Virus record (IMG/VR): IMGVR_UViG_2690315711_000004
Origin: an uncultured virus (IMG/VR IMGVR_UViG_2690315711_000004)
Taxonomy: Duplodnaviria > Heunggongvirae > Uroviricota > Caudoviricetes
Reading direction: 5' to 3' (one strand)
DNA length: 64,000 nucleotides
Shown here: positions 36,767 to 47,855 of the stretch, one piece after another
How positions within the stretch are numbered: the stretch's first letter is position 1
Layout: each line of letters opens with the position of its first letter
Notes under the pieces: generated by a model
What the model saw: only the letters and a program-made list of their open reading frames with translations
Told to the model about the DNA's origin: nothing
Database searches by the model: none
Translations under genes and position numbers: made by a program

Positions 36767-39700
36767 TGGGTGGGAGTGGTGGATTAATTTCAAAAGTCGT
36801 GGGTGCGGGCTTAATGATTGCGGGGCTATTTACTGGAGGCGTCACCTCTGCGATGGGCATGGCGCTGATGGCAGCAGGCGTCGCGGTGCAAGTCGCAGGT
36901 TCGCTTATCTTTAAGCCTAAACTGCCTTCCATGAATTATCGAGATACCAGTGAACGCAAACAGATGTTACGTTCATCGTCTGCCCCTGAAACCGTGATCG
37001 TCGGAAAAACAGTGATATCGGGTTTGCTTTTCTTCGCCGAAGAAGAGGCGGGTGAACAAGATGAAAACGAAAAAATCACACTGGCATTAGCGTTAGCAGG
37101 GCACCCCATAGAGAAAATTGGGAAAATCTGGTTAGGGGACGATTTAATTGAGACTTTTGGTGATAAAGCCTCATGGGAATTACATAACGATAGGGAAGAT
37201 GCCGATCCCTTTATGCTTAAAAATTGCCCGTCATGGAAAGAGGATATGATTGGTCGAGGTCTAGCGTGGTTACGTGTGACACTCACGTTTGACCAAGAAA
37301 AATTCCCCTATGGATTACCCAATGTGAAATGTGAAGTTTGGGGAAAACATCTGTTTGATCCTCGCACTGGGCAAACTGTGTGGGGTAACAATGGGGTCTT
37401 AGTGATTTTGGATTATTACCGCCATTATTTAAAAGTACCTGATACGGATATTGACTTTGACAGCTTTAAACAGGCGGCCGATTTATGTGATGAAAAAGTG
37501 AGTCTGCCAGAAGGCGGATTTGAGCCGCGATATACCCTTAATGGCGCCTATGATTTAAATGAGAGTCCATCCAGTGTCTTGGAGGCGATGCACAAATGTA
37601 TTAACGCGGAACCAACATTCACCGCAGGAAAACACGGTATTCAAATCGGCGCTTATTATGGGCCGGCAATAAAAACCATTACCGAATCACAATTGATTGG
37701 CACCGTCACGTGTACCCCTGAAACAGGATTAAAAGACGCGACCAATGCGGTGTATGGCACGTTTATTGATGCCGAACAGTTGTACACAAAAACGGATTTC
37801 ACGCCTGTGATTGTAGACGAATGGGTGAAAGAGGATGGCTTAGAAATTCGAGAGAACATCGACTATCGTTTTGTCACCAGCCCTTATCAAGCCCAACGAT
37901 TAGCTCGCCAATATCTTCGCAAAAAGAAAGCGGGAAGACGGGTTCAACTCACGATGAACTTAGACGGCTATGCTTATCGTCCGGGGGAAGTTGTGCTTTT
38001 AGCATTACCTTCTTTGGGGATTAGTGGGCTGGAATTCCGTATTGCCGAATGGTCTTTCCATGCATTAGACGGTGTGGCTTTAACGTTGGAAGAGGATGGT
38101 GCCTATTTATATGAAGATGTGATTGGTAAACCGTTTGAGCGTCCGCCGTTTGTGAGTTTACCCACTGGCGGTGTTGCTTCCCCTATTAATCTTGCTTTTG
38201 TTCCACTTGCCGTCAGTGACATTGTTCAAGGTATGCTTTCTTGGCAGAATGTGGCGTCTGATGTGCGCTACAACACGGTTAATATCCTTCAAAACGGTAG
38301 AGTGATTCAATCTATTCAGGTGCCGGGTGAGCGCGTTGATATTAACGGATTAGCACGAGGAACTTATCGTGTTGAAGTTAGAGCGACGAATATGGCGGGG
38401 GCAATGTCGGCACCCGCTATCAGTGATTTTGCTATCCAAGCACCGCCAGCTCCCATTAAGGTTGATGTTACTTCGGGAATGTTCAGCCTCACCGTCTCGC
38501 CAAAACAAGGTGATAGTGCTCTCTTGGGTTATACCTTTGAATTTTGGTTTAGTGAGGAAAAACTCGCTAATCTTTCTGAAAATGAAGTGATCACCAAAAC
38601 AAACAAAGTTGGCCAAGGGAATTTCTGGACGCAAGAGAATTTAAAAGCAGGACATACGTATTATTTTTATGTTCGAACAATCAACAGCTATGGCAAATCA
38701 CCTTTTGTGGAGGCTTCTGGTGTTTGCTCAGCTCAAACCGATTTAGTTCTTGAAGAATTAGCGGGGCAAATCAGCCGAGACCAACTCGCACAAGACTTAT
38801 TGGGTGAAATTAACAGTAAAGCTAACCAAATCGATATTACTGAATTACATGAGTTGATGAGGATAAATCATGACAAGATTTTATCTGGGTTGATGAGGCA
38901 TGGAGCAACGATTGAAGAAAGTGAAAAAAAATGGGAGGAGGCAGGAAAATTACTGGCTGAGCGGATAAATCAAGTTTCAACGGCAACAGAAGCACAGGCA
39001 GCCGCAATTAAACAAGAGCAACAAGCACGTATTGAGACTGATAAAACCGAAGCACAACAACGCCAATTCTTAGCCACTCAACTTCGTGGTGATTATACCG
39101 GTAATGATTTATCGAAAGTCACCGCAGGACTCATTTCCGCAGAGAAACAAGCACGTGTTACAGGCGACCAAGCAGAAGCGAAAGCCCGACAATCACTGGA
39201 AACACGGATGAATGGGAATGTTTCCGCGATTAATAAATCATTAGAAACCCTCACCTCGAAACAGCAAGCACAAACGCAAGAGATTTCAACGCTCAATTCA
39301 AATCTTAAGGGGAAAGCTGATAGCAGTGTGGTGAATGCGTTAAATACGCGAGTAACTAATCTCGATGGCAAAGTGACGTCCGCAACCTCTCAGGTACAAA
39401 CGTTATCCAGCAAATTAGATACAGTGAAAGCCGATTTAACGGAGTCTGTGGTGGTGGATTTAGATTTATCTAAACTCAATGAAAACACCTATTATCCGAT
39501 TATTTTGCCATTAGTAACTTCTCGACGTTATGCCTTTAAGGTTTTTAGGACATTAGGGCAATATAGAGACAATAAACCGAGCTATGCGACTCACAATACC
39601 AAAGGTTTTGCCATGATTGTGGAATGGCAAGTGAGTGGTTCTGGATGGGGAACCCAGTCTGAAAACCGCATCATTGATAATTTTGATTGGCGATGGACAA

Positions 39701-40491
39701 ATCAATCCCCTGTGATGGGGCCAGCTCAATTAACGAATGGTTCTGTGGAATATATCTATTTGCGAGGAGGGGCTAAATATCAGCTCACTAAGCATAAAAG
39801 TGTTAACCATCAAATTATCACCCGCACTTATACCAATAACAAACAATCGGTGGCACCAAAAGGATTTGTGGCGAATGAAGTACCTAAGTCCAGCGAACAG
39901 AAAGCCAATGCAACGGCGAATGCGGTAAACCAACTTGAAACTAAGGTGACTGAGGTCTCAGGTAAAGTGACCTCTACCGCCCAGCAAGTCACTCGCCTTG
40001 AAAGCCAAGTGGGTACAAGTTCAGCCAAAATCGAACAAACGTCGAAAGTGGTCACCGACATAAATGGCAAAATTTCCGCATCATGGACAATGAAAGTTCA
40101 GCAAGATAGCAAAGGGAATAAAGTCATTACGGGCATTGGCTTAGGGTTTAATGCACAAGGAAATAGCCAATTTCTGGTCAATGCCCAAAACTTTGCAGTG
40201 ATATCGTCATTAAATGGCAAAGTGGTGACACCGTTTATCGTGAAGAATGGACAGGTGGTTGTTAATGAAGCTTTTATTGGTGATGCAACTATTACCAGTG
40301 CAAAAATAGCTAATGTATTGCAATCAACCAATTTCAGCCATGCAAACAAGGTGGGCTATCAACTTAATATGCGCACTGGTGAAGAAATTAAATATGGGAA
40401 TAACGCTCAGGGGTACTGGATTGAAACAAACATATTAAAACGTTTGTTTGATAAAAAAGGCACAATGCGTATCAGAATGGGGATATGGTAA
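36766..40491 (+). CDS. Central tail fibre / host specificity protein (J-like)
   Basis: Hub domain, FNIII-like repeats, coiled coils, C-terminal PFIVKNGQVVVNEAFIGDATITSAKI. Confidence 0.9.
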   Translation: MGGSGGLISKVVGAGLMIAGLFTGGVTSAMGMALMAAGVAVQVAGSLIFKPKLPSMNYRDTSERKQMLRSSSAPETVIVGKTVISGLLFFAEEEAGEQDENEKITLALALAGHPIEKIGKIWLGDDLIETFGDKASWELHNDREDADPFMLKNCPSWKEDMIGRGLAWLRVTLTFDQEKFPYGLPNVKCEVWGKHLFDPRTGQTVWGNNGVLVILDYYRHYLKVPDTDIDFDSFKQAADLCDEKVSLPEGGFEPRYTLNGAYDLNESPSSVLEAMHKCINAEPTFTAGKHGIQIGAYYGPAIKTITESQLIGTVTCTPETGLKDATNAVYGTFIDAEQLYTKTDFTPVIVDEWVKEDGLEIRENIDYRFVTSPYQAQRLARQYLRKKKAGRRVQLTMNLDGYAYRPGEVVLLALPSLGISGLEFRIAEWSFHALDGVALTLEEDGAYLYEDVIGKPFERPPFVSLPTGGVASPINLAFVPLAVSDIVQGMLSWQNVASDVRYNTVNILQNGRVIQSIQVPGERVDINGLARGTYRVEVRATNMAGAMSAPAISDFAIQAPPAPIKVDVTSGMFSLTVSPKQGDSALLGYTFEFWFSEEKLANLSENEVITKTNKVGQGNFWTQENLKAGHTYYFYVRTINSYGKSPFVEASGVCSAQTDLVLEELAGQISRDQLAQDLLGEINSKANQIDITELHELMRINHDKILSGLMRHGATIEESEKKWEEAGKLLAERINQVSTATEAQAAAIKQEQQARIETDKTEAQQRQFLATQLRGDYTGNDLSKVTAGLISAEKQARVTGDQAEAKARQSLETRMNGNVSAINKSLETLTSKQQAQTQEISTLNSNLKGKADSSVVNALNTRVTNLDGKVTSATSQVQTLSSKLDTVKADLTESVVVDLDLSKLNENTYYPIILPLVTSRRYAFKVFRTLGQYRDNKPSYATHNTKGFAMIVEWQVSGSGWGTQSENRIIDNFDWRWTNQSPVMGPAQLTNGSVEYIYLRGGAKYQLTKHKSVNHQIITRTYTNNKQSVAPKGFVANEVPKSSEQKANATANAVNQLETKVTEVSGKVTSTAQQVTRLESQVGTSSAKIEQTSKVVTDINGKISASWTMKVQQDSKGNKVITGIGLGFNAQGNSQFLVNAQNFAVISSLNGKVVTPFIVKNGQVVVNEAFIGDATITSAKIANVLQSTNFSHANKVGYQLNMRTGEEIKYGNNAQGYWIETNILKRLFDKKGTMRIRMGIW

Positions 40492-40853
40492 TGGGCATGG
40501 GTTTAGAAATATATGATGAGAAAGGGCGACTCATTATTGGAGAAGACACTATTATACCGCGCCACTTGGGGCAATTTGACCTTCCTTTGTCCCAATATGG
40601 ATCTCTTACTATTCCTGAGATTTCCTTAGGAGGTGAGGTTGTTTGCCATTTCTGGCTACGGTATCGCTCTCGATGGAGTGGTGAATTTCATGTAGATAAG
40701 CCTAATGAGAGAACAGAGTACTCCATATCTGGGAACACGTTAAATTACCGCGTTGATTACAATATCTATCGCTGGGAGAACAATGGCTCTGGTGGTGGGC
40801 AGACACAAGCGAATGACTCATTCTCAAGTCATGTTGTCGTATGGGTGGTGTGA
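40485..40853 (+). CDS. Tail-associated protein downstream of J
   Basis: GLEIYDEKG motif typical of post-J genes. Confidence 0.65.
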   Translation: MVMGMGLEIYDEKGRLIIGEDTIIPRHLGQFDLPLSQYGSLTIPEISLGGEVVCHFWLRYRSRWSGEFHVDKPNERTEYSISGNTLNYRVDYNIYRWENNGSGGGQTQANDSFSSHVVVWVV

Positions 40854-40854
40854 A

Positions 40855-41469
40855 ATGGTTGGTGTAGAAATTTACACAAATAATAGGCTGATACAATTAA
40901 CCGATAAACTCGAAACAATATGTGTTTTGAGAAAAGCAACTCCTGATGAACTAACGTCATCATCAGGCCCTCATGATAGCTATCCGAGAATCTATGCGTT
41001 AAATAGCCAATGGATGGTTGCTCCGATTTCCAAGGTAAGCATACCTCAACACGGAGTTGGTCTTGAAGTTTATGATGAGCAAGGGAAAATGAAATTTTCA
41101 TCTCTTGCTAAGTTGGTCTGCTTTGAGAAATATTATGATGTCAATACGGGGAGCGCTGGCAAAGGCTCATTAAGAATCGCAGGCAAAAGTGGTCATCGGT
41201 ATGGCATGATTAAGACTCGCTCTATGGGGTATTTTCATAATACAAACATACGAAGCTACATAGACCCTGACACGTGGGATGAAGTTTGGACATTCAAAAG
41301 ATATAGCGAGCGTTATGTCTTGGTTGATGATGTGGGAGGGTTAACATTTGAGTATCGATACGAGTTCTTAGGAGAAGAGGATGGCTGGATAAGTATGCCT
41401 CCGAGTCGAGAAGGTTCTGGATTAATGGAACAAGGGCTTATGATAGACGTTTCAATGTTAGAAGATTAA
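40855..41469 (+). CDS. Tail-associated protein
   Basis: GVEIY and GLEVYDEQGKMKFSS motifs. Confidence 0.65.
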   Translation: MVGVEIYTNNRLIQLTDKLETICVLRKATPDELTSSSGPHDSYPRIYALNSQWMVAPISKVSIPQHGVGLEVYDEQGKMKFSSLAKLVCFEKYYDVNTGSAGKGSLRIAGKSGHRYGMIKTRSMGYFHNTNIRSYIDPDTWDEVWTFKRYSERYVLVDDVGGLTFEYRYEFLGEEDGWISMPPSREGSGLMEQGLMIDVSMLED

Positions 41470-41518
41470 ATACCGCACTAATGTGGTTTTTTTGTATCTA
41501 AATTTTAGGAAATAAATC

Positions 41519-41779
41519 ATGATATACACAACAGGCACTGTTAGCACAGTGTCAGGGTCTGCTGTTGTCTCTGGCACAGGTACCATTATTTTAATTAAAA
41601 ATGGTAATGCTAATTTTATTTATATGGTGGACAGGGTTAATAGCGATACAGAATTAGTCATTTCACAACCGGCTACATTTACCGTAAAAAACACTAGTTA
41701 CAGCATTAATCTCACTGAGCCGAACTCATACAGCGACGCTAATAATCGTATGACCGCTATTGCATCAGATATTACGTAG
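41519..41779 (+). pseudogene. Truncated side tail fibre N-terminus
   Basis: YTTGTVS...VSGTGT..VNSDTELVI fibre-anchor pattern stops after 86 codons. Confidence 0.7.
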
Positions 41780-41914
41780 TTCTTAAACGAGCAACGAGTT
41801 ACGCTCGATGGTGTTAAAAAAGTGCTGGGGGATATTAGTAAAAAGTTAGATAAAAGTGGTGTGGACCTTTCAGGGATTTCGAAGTGCGATTACACGTAAT
41901 ACACAAATGGCTTA

Positions 41915-42457
41915 TTGTGTGTTTCGACAAAAATCCACCTTAAAGGCGGGCGCTATTGGTCTTTGCCGACAATATTATCGCATTTAGATAAGTGTGTTGT
42001 GTTTTATCATACCACCAACTCTCAAGCGGAAGTGAGCTATTTAGCGCATAAAAAGCAATTATACAGTTCAGCCCAAACAGACATTTATGTGTGTGTATTC
42101 GTTTCAGGAATGGTTTTGACCCCGAAGAGACGTTGGGGGTTATCACTGTACAGTGAAGATGGAGCACGGGTCTTTAATACGGACTATTTGCCTTTTACCC
42201 GAGGAAAATCAATGGCATTGTTATTACGGGAGGGGAGTGTAGAGACTCCATATAGTTTGCCTTTAGTCTGTGCAACCAGTCAGTTTGTGAATGCGTCTTA
42301 TCAGGATGATCCTATTGATTGGGCCAAGCGCAATACGGGGATACGTTTTCGGGGAAAACAGATTTTTGTGAGCGAACAAATACGTGATGCTCATCGGCAA
42401 CATCATGTAGAGCAACGTATTCCCTTTTATGTCCTTAATGGTTCACATTATTTTTAA
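41915..42457 (+). pseudogene. Fragment of a tail-associated protein
   Basis: WGLSLYSEDGARVFNT motif but no convincing start or RBS. Confidence 0.5.
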
Positions 42458-42479
42458 TAAAATGAATACCTGTCTATAT

Positions 42480-42794
42480 TTATGTGGGATACATGTCGCT
42501 TTTCTTTATTGGCATAATGCTTTCTGCTGATAATGATTGTTTTGCTTTAATCATTTCTTTTTCATTTGAAAATTTATAATTAGGCAATAGTTCTTTAGGT
42601 TTGACACCTAAAATAAACGCGATAGAGAATAAATGTTCTACTGTTATTTTGGTATGTCCATTCTCTATACGTGAATAGTGCTGTTGACTTATTTCCAATG
42701 AATGGGCTATTTCCCTCCCTGTCATCCCTAATTCTTTTCTTTTTTGCATTATTCTATAAGCAATAATGGAATTAATTGTACTCATGAACTTCAT
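42480..42794 (-). CDS. ucaJ: MrpJ-family XRE regulator of the fimbrial operon
   Basis: SQQHYSRIENG MrpJ-type motif; last gene of the uca operon. Confidence 0.85.
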   Translation of the reverse strand: MKFMSTINSIIAYRIMQKRKELGMTGREIAHSLEISQQHYSRIENGHTKITVEHLFSIAFILGVKPKELLPNYKFSNEKEMIKAKQSLSAESIMPIKKSDMYPT

Positions 42795-42885
42795 TCTCCA
42801 ACAATAAACAGATTTTTAAGTTTAACAGAGTAAAAAGCATTTGTTATAAAAGCATTTTACTCTACTTATAAAACTCAATTAATTT

Positions 42886-43968
42886 TTATTGATATGAAAA
42901 AGTAATCGTTGCTACTGCTTTTACACTTCCTGGCGTAATAGTATTTTCTGTTTTTATATAATTAGCTTTTAATTTTATACGTGGATTTATCTCTCCTCTA
43001 TAATTTGAAAAATGCCATTGATTTTGATTTCCTTTGTTAGGAGTGTCTGAACCATAACTAATCGCAGTTACTTCATTATTTTTATATAATCTTAGCCCAA
43101 CGCCTTTTGCCGTAGAATCCGTTGCTAATGTTAATATATCAGAACGATTCCCATGTTGGGTCGCATCATTTAATGTAGCATAAACATCAATACCGTCTTG
43201 GCATTGAAGTTGTATATTAACTTCCCCTCCTTGCACTTCTTTATACAAAGACGTGAACTGGGATTGATAGACAGTATTTAATGGAACAACATAATTCTTT
43301 TGATTCATCGAGCATGTTTGGCTTTGCACTTGGATGCGCCCTCCATTTAACATAACAGGAGCTGTTAATCTTTTATTATTCAAACTTGCCCGATTAGATT
43401 CCAATAAAATATGGCCCAGTTGTTTGGTTGGTATCGTTACATACCCATTAGGTAATCGTCCTGTTGCGACAAAAGCAACATATAAACGAGCACCAAAACT
43501 TCCAGTTGCACCATTATAAGCATTTGGATTTGTATTGGCGGCAACAGGATCAATATATATACTTGAGCTGTTTATGGGAACCAATGGCGTTGCAGGCCAA
43601 TAGCCCGCCATACCAATAATAATACCTAGCCCTGGAACTCCAGTATCAAATATATCGAAATCGGAAGATTGAGTGTTATTTCCTTGGCGAAAGTTATATG
43701 TGATTTTGCCTATTTTAGGTAATGTAGGAGTAAATTTTCCACGCATTAATGCTATTAAACTACCGCCGTTAAATATATATTGATTACTTGTTCCGGTGAG
43801 TTCCCCTATCACTCGTGGGTAAGTATGGGCATCAGCAGGACCAATAACAACAACAGGGAGGGTAGATGTGTTGATTGTTATTGGAGACGGTACGTAGTCA
43901 TCTGCACCAGCAACAGCTAGACTAGGGAATAGAGTTAAAAGAAATAATATGACAAAGATTCTTTTCAT
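42886..43968 (-). CDS. ucaD: Fimbrial tip adhesin
   Basis: 360 aa, signal peptide, lectin plus pilin domain ending ATITFSYQ. Confidence 0.88.
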   Translation of the reverse strand: MKRIFVILFLLTLFPSLAVAGADDYVPSPITINTSTLPVVVIGPADAHTYPRVIGELTGTSNQYIFNGGSLIALMRGKFTPTLPKIGKITYNFRQGNNTQSSDFDIFDTGVPGLGIIIGMAGYWPATPLVPINSSSIYIDPVAANTNPNAYNGATGSFGARLYVAFVATGRLPNGYVTIPTKQLGHILLESNRASLNNKRLTAPVMLNGGRIQVQSQTCSMNQKNYVVPLNTVYQSQFTSLYKEVQGGEVNIQLQCQDGIDVYATLNDATQHGNRSDILTLATDSTAKGVGLRLYKNNEVTAISYGSDTPNKGNQNQWHFSNYRGEINPRIKLKANYIKTENTITPGSVKAVATITFSYQ

Positions 43969-43977
43969 GGTTTGTTC

Positions 43978-46512
43978 CTAATTAGAGTGCGGTATACACT
44001 GAACAGGAATGGTTTGAGGTCGCATGTCAGTTTCATTGCGTGTCGCATGATATGTAAATGAGCATTTATCGTCATGATTTGGTCCCCATATCACATCAAG
44101 TTGACCTTGTTTAGGAAGACCGCGGGTAAATAAGCGTCCAGCTTGAGCCACATATCCGACTAACTGCTTATGCTCATCCAAAACCTCGGAAGCCATTGGA
44201 GGAGTACTACCATCTGGCATTCGAATATCAAATAGTAGGCTTCTCCCTGTTTGAGTATTAAATGTCACTAACGTGGCACTATTAGCGCGAGGAATGATTT
44301 CTTGTTCTGTTGCTGATAACTCAACATTCAAATCCAAATTAGTGGGGTCGATGCTAATTTGATTTTTTTCATAAGGCGTGACATAAGGCACAATACCATT
44401 TCCCCAAAAATCTAATCGGCTACCTGGTGCATTATTAATGACCGCACCTTGTGCTCCTTTTGCATGGATAATGGTAAAAGTATCACTTAAATCATTACTT
44501 AACGTCACTCCATAAGGATGTACGACAACGGCCCCCGACGCACCCAATGACATTTGACGATTATGTTGAGTATCTTGCCCGACGGTTGCGGTTACATTTA
44601 CATAAGGTGAACGATAGCCTCCATTCATCGCATAGCCGGAAGGTCCACTTTCCTGACTATTACCTGAAATACCATAAGAGAATTGATTATCTTCCCCAGC
44701 GATACCGCTGATGGATGTTTGAATGCTGTTTTTCTCGCCTTTATTATAATTTAAGACAGTAGAAAAAATGGGGCTTTGAACACGCTCTCCCAAAGGAAGC
44801 GTAAAGTTCACATAAAATCTGTCATCTCGGCGTTGTTGCTCATTATCTCGTGATTGAGAAAAGCCAATCTGATAACCAAGTTTTTTCCAAAAATGGCTAT
44901 ATCCCATTTGATACTCATTACGACTTCCTTTATGTTCCCAGTAATTATAAGTGGTACCAGTTAAAAATATATTTCCCCATTTTTCACCTAATTCTTGATT
45001 AATTGAAACTTGGAATTGATTTTTAGGGCGATAAAATGCGGCACTTTTTATGGAAACATCATCAATAAATTCACTGTGATTAGCCAATAGCGCATCTTTC
45101 AAATGGTAAAAATCTTTAGATGAATAACGATAGGCTGCTAACGTGATATTTGTACTCGTGGTCGGAATATTGACGCTATAGCTAGTATGTAAACTGTAGC
45201 CTTTACGCGTTACGTTAGAGTGATTAAATGTTGTTCTGGACAATGTAATGTCAGATGCAATTGCCCCAATCGGCGTGTTAAAAGCAACACCAGCCAATCC
45301 TGCGGTATATTTTGAGCTTGTGGTCAGTCCACTATTTAAAGTGATATCATTTGTCAAACCATATTGATATGTGCCTTGTGCAATTAAATCATGATATGTC
45401 TCATTTGCATAACGATAGCGTCCCACTGACATTTGCCAACGGCTAAATCCGGGACGAATAAGTTGGGCAACAGAAGCAAAAGGAACCGTAAATGTTCTTG
45501 TTTGTCCATTAGATTCGGTTATTTGCACAAGAAGGTCGCCAGCATATCCACTGGGATACAAATCATTAATGACAAAGGGGCCAGCAGGCACAGTTGTTTC
45601 ATAAAGGATGTGAGCATTTTGATAAATCGTAACTTTAGCATTACTATTAGCAATGCCTCGCACGATCGGAGCGTAGCCACGTAAAGAGTTGGGTAACATT
45701 CGTTCATCCGATGCTAATCGAATTCCCCGTAAGCTAAGGCTATCCATTAACTCGCCATTCGTATAAAAATCACCTAATGTGAATTGTGCCCGTAACTGAG
45801 CAATATCATGCGTCACATTTGTTTCGATATTCTGATACCCAGTAGAATGACCATTATTCCAGCTTTCACCACCACGGTGACGAAAAGCCCATCCCCATAA
45901 ATTGAGTCCCGCTTTTAACCCAAGGTAAGTCTGCTCATTATTTATATCCGGAGTATTGTATTGATAATAGTTAACATCATAGTTGACAAATGCGGCAGGG
46001 ACTCCACTTTGCCACTGTGCAGGGGCAATATATCCTCGAGGTCGAGTATTCACTTGTGCCTGAGGAATTTCTATATTCAGCTTTAAAGTGGATAAATCAA
46101 AATGAAATTTTGCTGAGGGGAGTCCTTCTGAGGCGGGATAACAAGTGGCTTTATAACTGTTTTCAGGAACAGTGCCTTTGACGACATCAATTAATGAAAG
46201 TAATTCCGGCGTTAGACATAACGTCGACGTATTCGCATTGTCAGTATATAAATACTGTACATTAGCTTTTCCTTTCCATTCATTATTGAGATAGATATCA
46301 GCGTAATACTTGCCCTCAGGAATAGGGTTGCCATAATTAAAGCGACGTATATCAATCGCATTCTTTCCTTGCACTGAATGCAAAAAGCTAGGATCAAATT
46401 CAGCTTCTTCAGCAGCGAATGAAGAAGTTGTTATCACCCCAATCCCTAAAGCGACACAAAACGGAAGAGAATAACGATAGGAAATGAGGTGTAATTGGTT
46501 ATTAAAATTCAT
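43978..46512 (-). CDS. ucaC: Fimbrial usher
   Basis: EFDPSFL, PEGKY.ADIYLN, VPAGPFVINDL usher motifs. Confidence 0.92.
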   Translation of the reverse strand: MNFNNQLHLISYRYSLPFCVALGIGVITTSSFAAEEAEFDPSFLHSVQGKNAIDIRRFNYGNPIPEGKYYADIYLNNEWKGKANVQYLYTDNANTSTLCLTPELLSLIDVVKGTVPENSYKATCYPASEGLPSAKFHFDLSTLKLNIEIPQAQVNTRPRGYIAPAQWQSGVPAAFVNYDVNYYQYNTPDINNEQTYLGLKAGLNLWGWAFRHRGGESWNNGHSTGYQNIETNVTHDIAQLRAQFTLGDFYTNGELMDSLSLRGIRLASDERMLPNSLRGYAPIVRGIANSNAKVTIYQNAHILYETTVPAGPFVINDLYPSGYAGDLLVQITESNGQTRTFTVPFASVAQLIRPGFSRWQMSVGRYRYANETYHDLIAQGTYQYGLTNDITLNSGLTTSSKYTAGLAGVAFNTPIGAIASDITLSRTTFNHSNVTRKGYSLHTSYSVNIPTTSTNITLAAYRYSSKDFYHLKDALLANHSEFIDDVSIKSAAFYRPKNQFQVSINQELGEKWGNIFLTGTTYNYWEHKGSRNEYQMGYSHFWKKLGYQIGFSQSRDNEQQRRDDRFYVNFTLPLGERVQSPIFSTVLNYNKGEKNSIQTSISGIAGEDNQFSYGISGNSQESGPSGYAMNGGYRSPYVNVTATVGQDTQHNRQMSLGASGAVVVHPYGVTLSNDLSDTFTIIHAKGAQGAVINNAPGSRLDFWGNGIVPYVTPYEKNQISIDPTNLDLNVELSATEQEIIPRANSATLVTFNTQTGRSLLFDIRMPDGSTPPMASEVLDEHKQLVGYVAQAGRLFTRGLPKQGQLDVIWGPNHDDKCSFTYHATRNETDMRPQTIPVQCIPHSN

Positions 46513-46521
46513 TATATTACC

Positions 46522-47301
46522 TTATTCCAAAGTAGATTCACCTTGTTGGTATCCACCATAATCATTAACAACAACCCAAGTGACTTTATTTGTTAATATT
46601 GGCTTCTCTTTAAGTGAAAATATTTTTGAAGAAAAAGGAGCTATCATCCCACTTTGTTCAACAGGCGTTAGCTGTTTATCCTGACCCACTGAGATTTTGT
46701 TGTAAGTGATGTAATAAGGTGTTGGGTTAATCGCTTTAATGCGTAGTGCTCCTTCCTGATGCCAAGTCACTTTTTGGTAAGCATCATCAGGCGTTACGTT
46801 GAGATTATCAGGGCGAAAGAAAAACTTAATGCGACTACGAACGGCTAATTGTAAGTAATTGTTATTTCCCTCTGAGTTTTCCGAATTTTCTTCCACTTTA
46901 GGTTTTGCTGGAATGTCTAAGACATTTAGATAGAAAAGAGACTCTCTATCTTGTGGTAATGATTCACCGGTATAGACAATCCGGATGGTTTGCCCTGATT
47001 TCGGCTCCATACGAAATATGGGAGGAGTAATGATAAAAGGAACGTGAATTGAATCTGGTGCTGCAGCTGCGTTTCCGGTATCTAACCAAGACTGAATTAA
47101 TGCGGGGGATTCATCGTTATTATTTAATTGAACATTAATGCTTTTTTGCGTTGCGGGATAAACAACGCGGGTCCCCATAATAACCACACTGGCTTGAGCC
47201 ACTGTGGATACAAACAGAGTCAAGAAAATAAGAATGAACTTTAACATAATACCTCTAGAAGGAAATGGGGCAGTTTTTTCTGCCCCGTAAAATAAAAGCA
47301 A
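46522..47301 (-). CDS. ucaB: Fimbrial chaperone
   Basis: GTRVVY, PQDRESLFYLNVLDIP, RIKFFFRP, NPTPYY. Confidence 0.92.
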   Translation of the reverse strand: MLLFYGAEKTAPFPSRGIMLKFILIFLTLFVSTVAQASVVIMGTRVVYPATQKSINVQLNNNDESPALIQSWLDTGNAAAAPDSIHVPFIITPPIFRMEPKSGQTIRIVYTGESLPQDRESLFYLNVLDIPAKPKVEENSENSEGNNNYLQLAVRSRIKFFFRPDNLNVTPDDAYQKVTWHQEGALRIKAINPTPYYITYNKISVGQDKQLTPVEQSGMIAPFSSKIFSLKEKPILTNKVTWVVVNDYGGYQQGESTLE

Positions 47302-47312
47302 TCCAATAAACC

Positions 47313-47855
47313 TTACTCATAGGCAATGGTGTAATGAACGGTTGCTTTTACATCCCCAGCGGTAGATTGTCCGGTTGCATAATATTGAGCAAAATATGGG
47401 AGGTTTACATTAGCATTGTCGATTTGTACTGGATGGACATCTTGTGTTGCAGAATCAGTACCTAACTGGATTGTTGTTGCTGCATCTGAGTTAAGTAATT
47501 GAACTTGAACATTATCAGCTTTAGTTTGTGCAGTATTTTTTAAGTTGTGTGTGGTTACATCAATGTCACTTGAAGGTTCAAAATATGTTTTGACACTTTG
47601 TGCACCATCCATACCAACAGCGCAACCAGTTAAATGAATAGTAAATGGAGTAAGACCTGCAGTAGCCGCATTTTCATTTAATGTAGTGGTGGATACTGTA
47701 GGTAATGTTACCGCTAAATTCTTATCATTTGTATTGACAGAGCAGGTTTGCGCAACAACTTTACCTGTAAATGTAATTGTTCCGTCATACGCCATAGATG
47801 AGCCAGCAAATGCAGCAGAAAGAATAGTAGCTAGTGCTATAACTTTCCTTTTCAT
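47313..47855 (-). CDS. ucaA: Major fimbrial subunit (F17-like)
   Basis: YDGTITFTGKVVAQTC mature N-terminus; ends VHYTIAYE. Confidence 0.92.
   Translation of the reverse strand: MKRKVIALATILSAAFAGSSMAYDGTITFTGKVVAQTCSVNTNDKNLAVTLPTVSTTTLNENAATAGLTPFTIHLTGCAVGMDGAQSVKTYFEPSSDIDVTTHNLKNTAQTKADNVQVQLLNSDAATTIQLGTDSATQDVHPVQIDNANVNLPYFAQYYATGQSTAGDVKATVHYTIAYE

Larger units (their letters stand above)
1..42457. mobile_element. Lambdoid prophage 1 (integrase to tail genes; left att lies outside the window, right boundary uncertain and may extend to ~52.9 kb)
   Basis: Canonical order int-xis-early left-cI/cro-replication-Q-lysis-terminase-head-tail. Confidence 0.93.

Noticed and set aside
36766..42457. 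Diversity-generating retroelement or invertible tail-fibre switch
   Set aside because: No reverse transcriptase, invertase, template/variable repeat pair or inverted crossover sites seen
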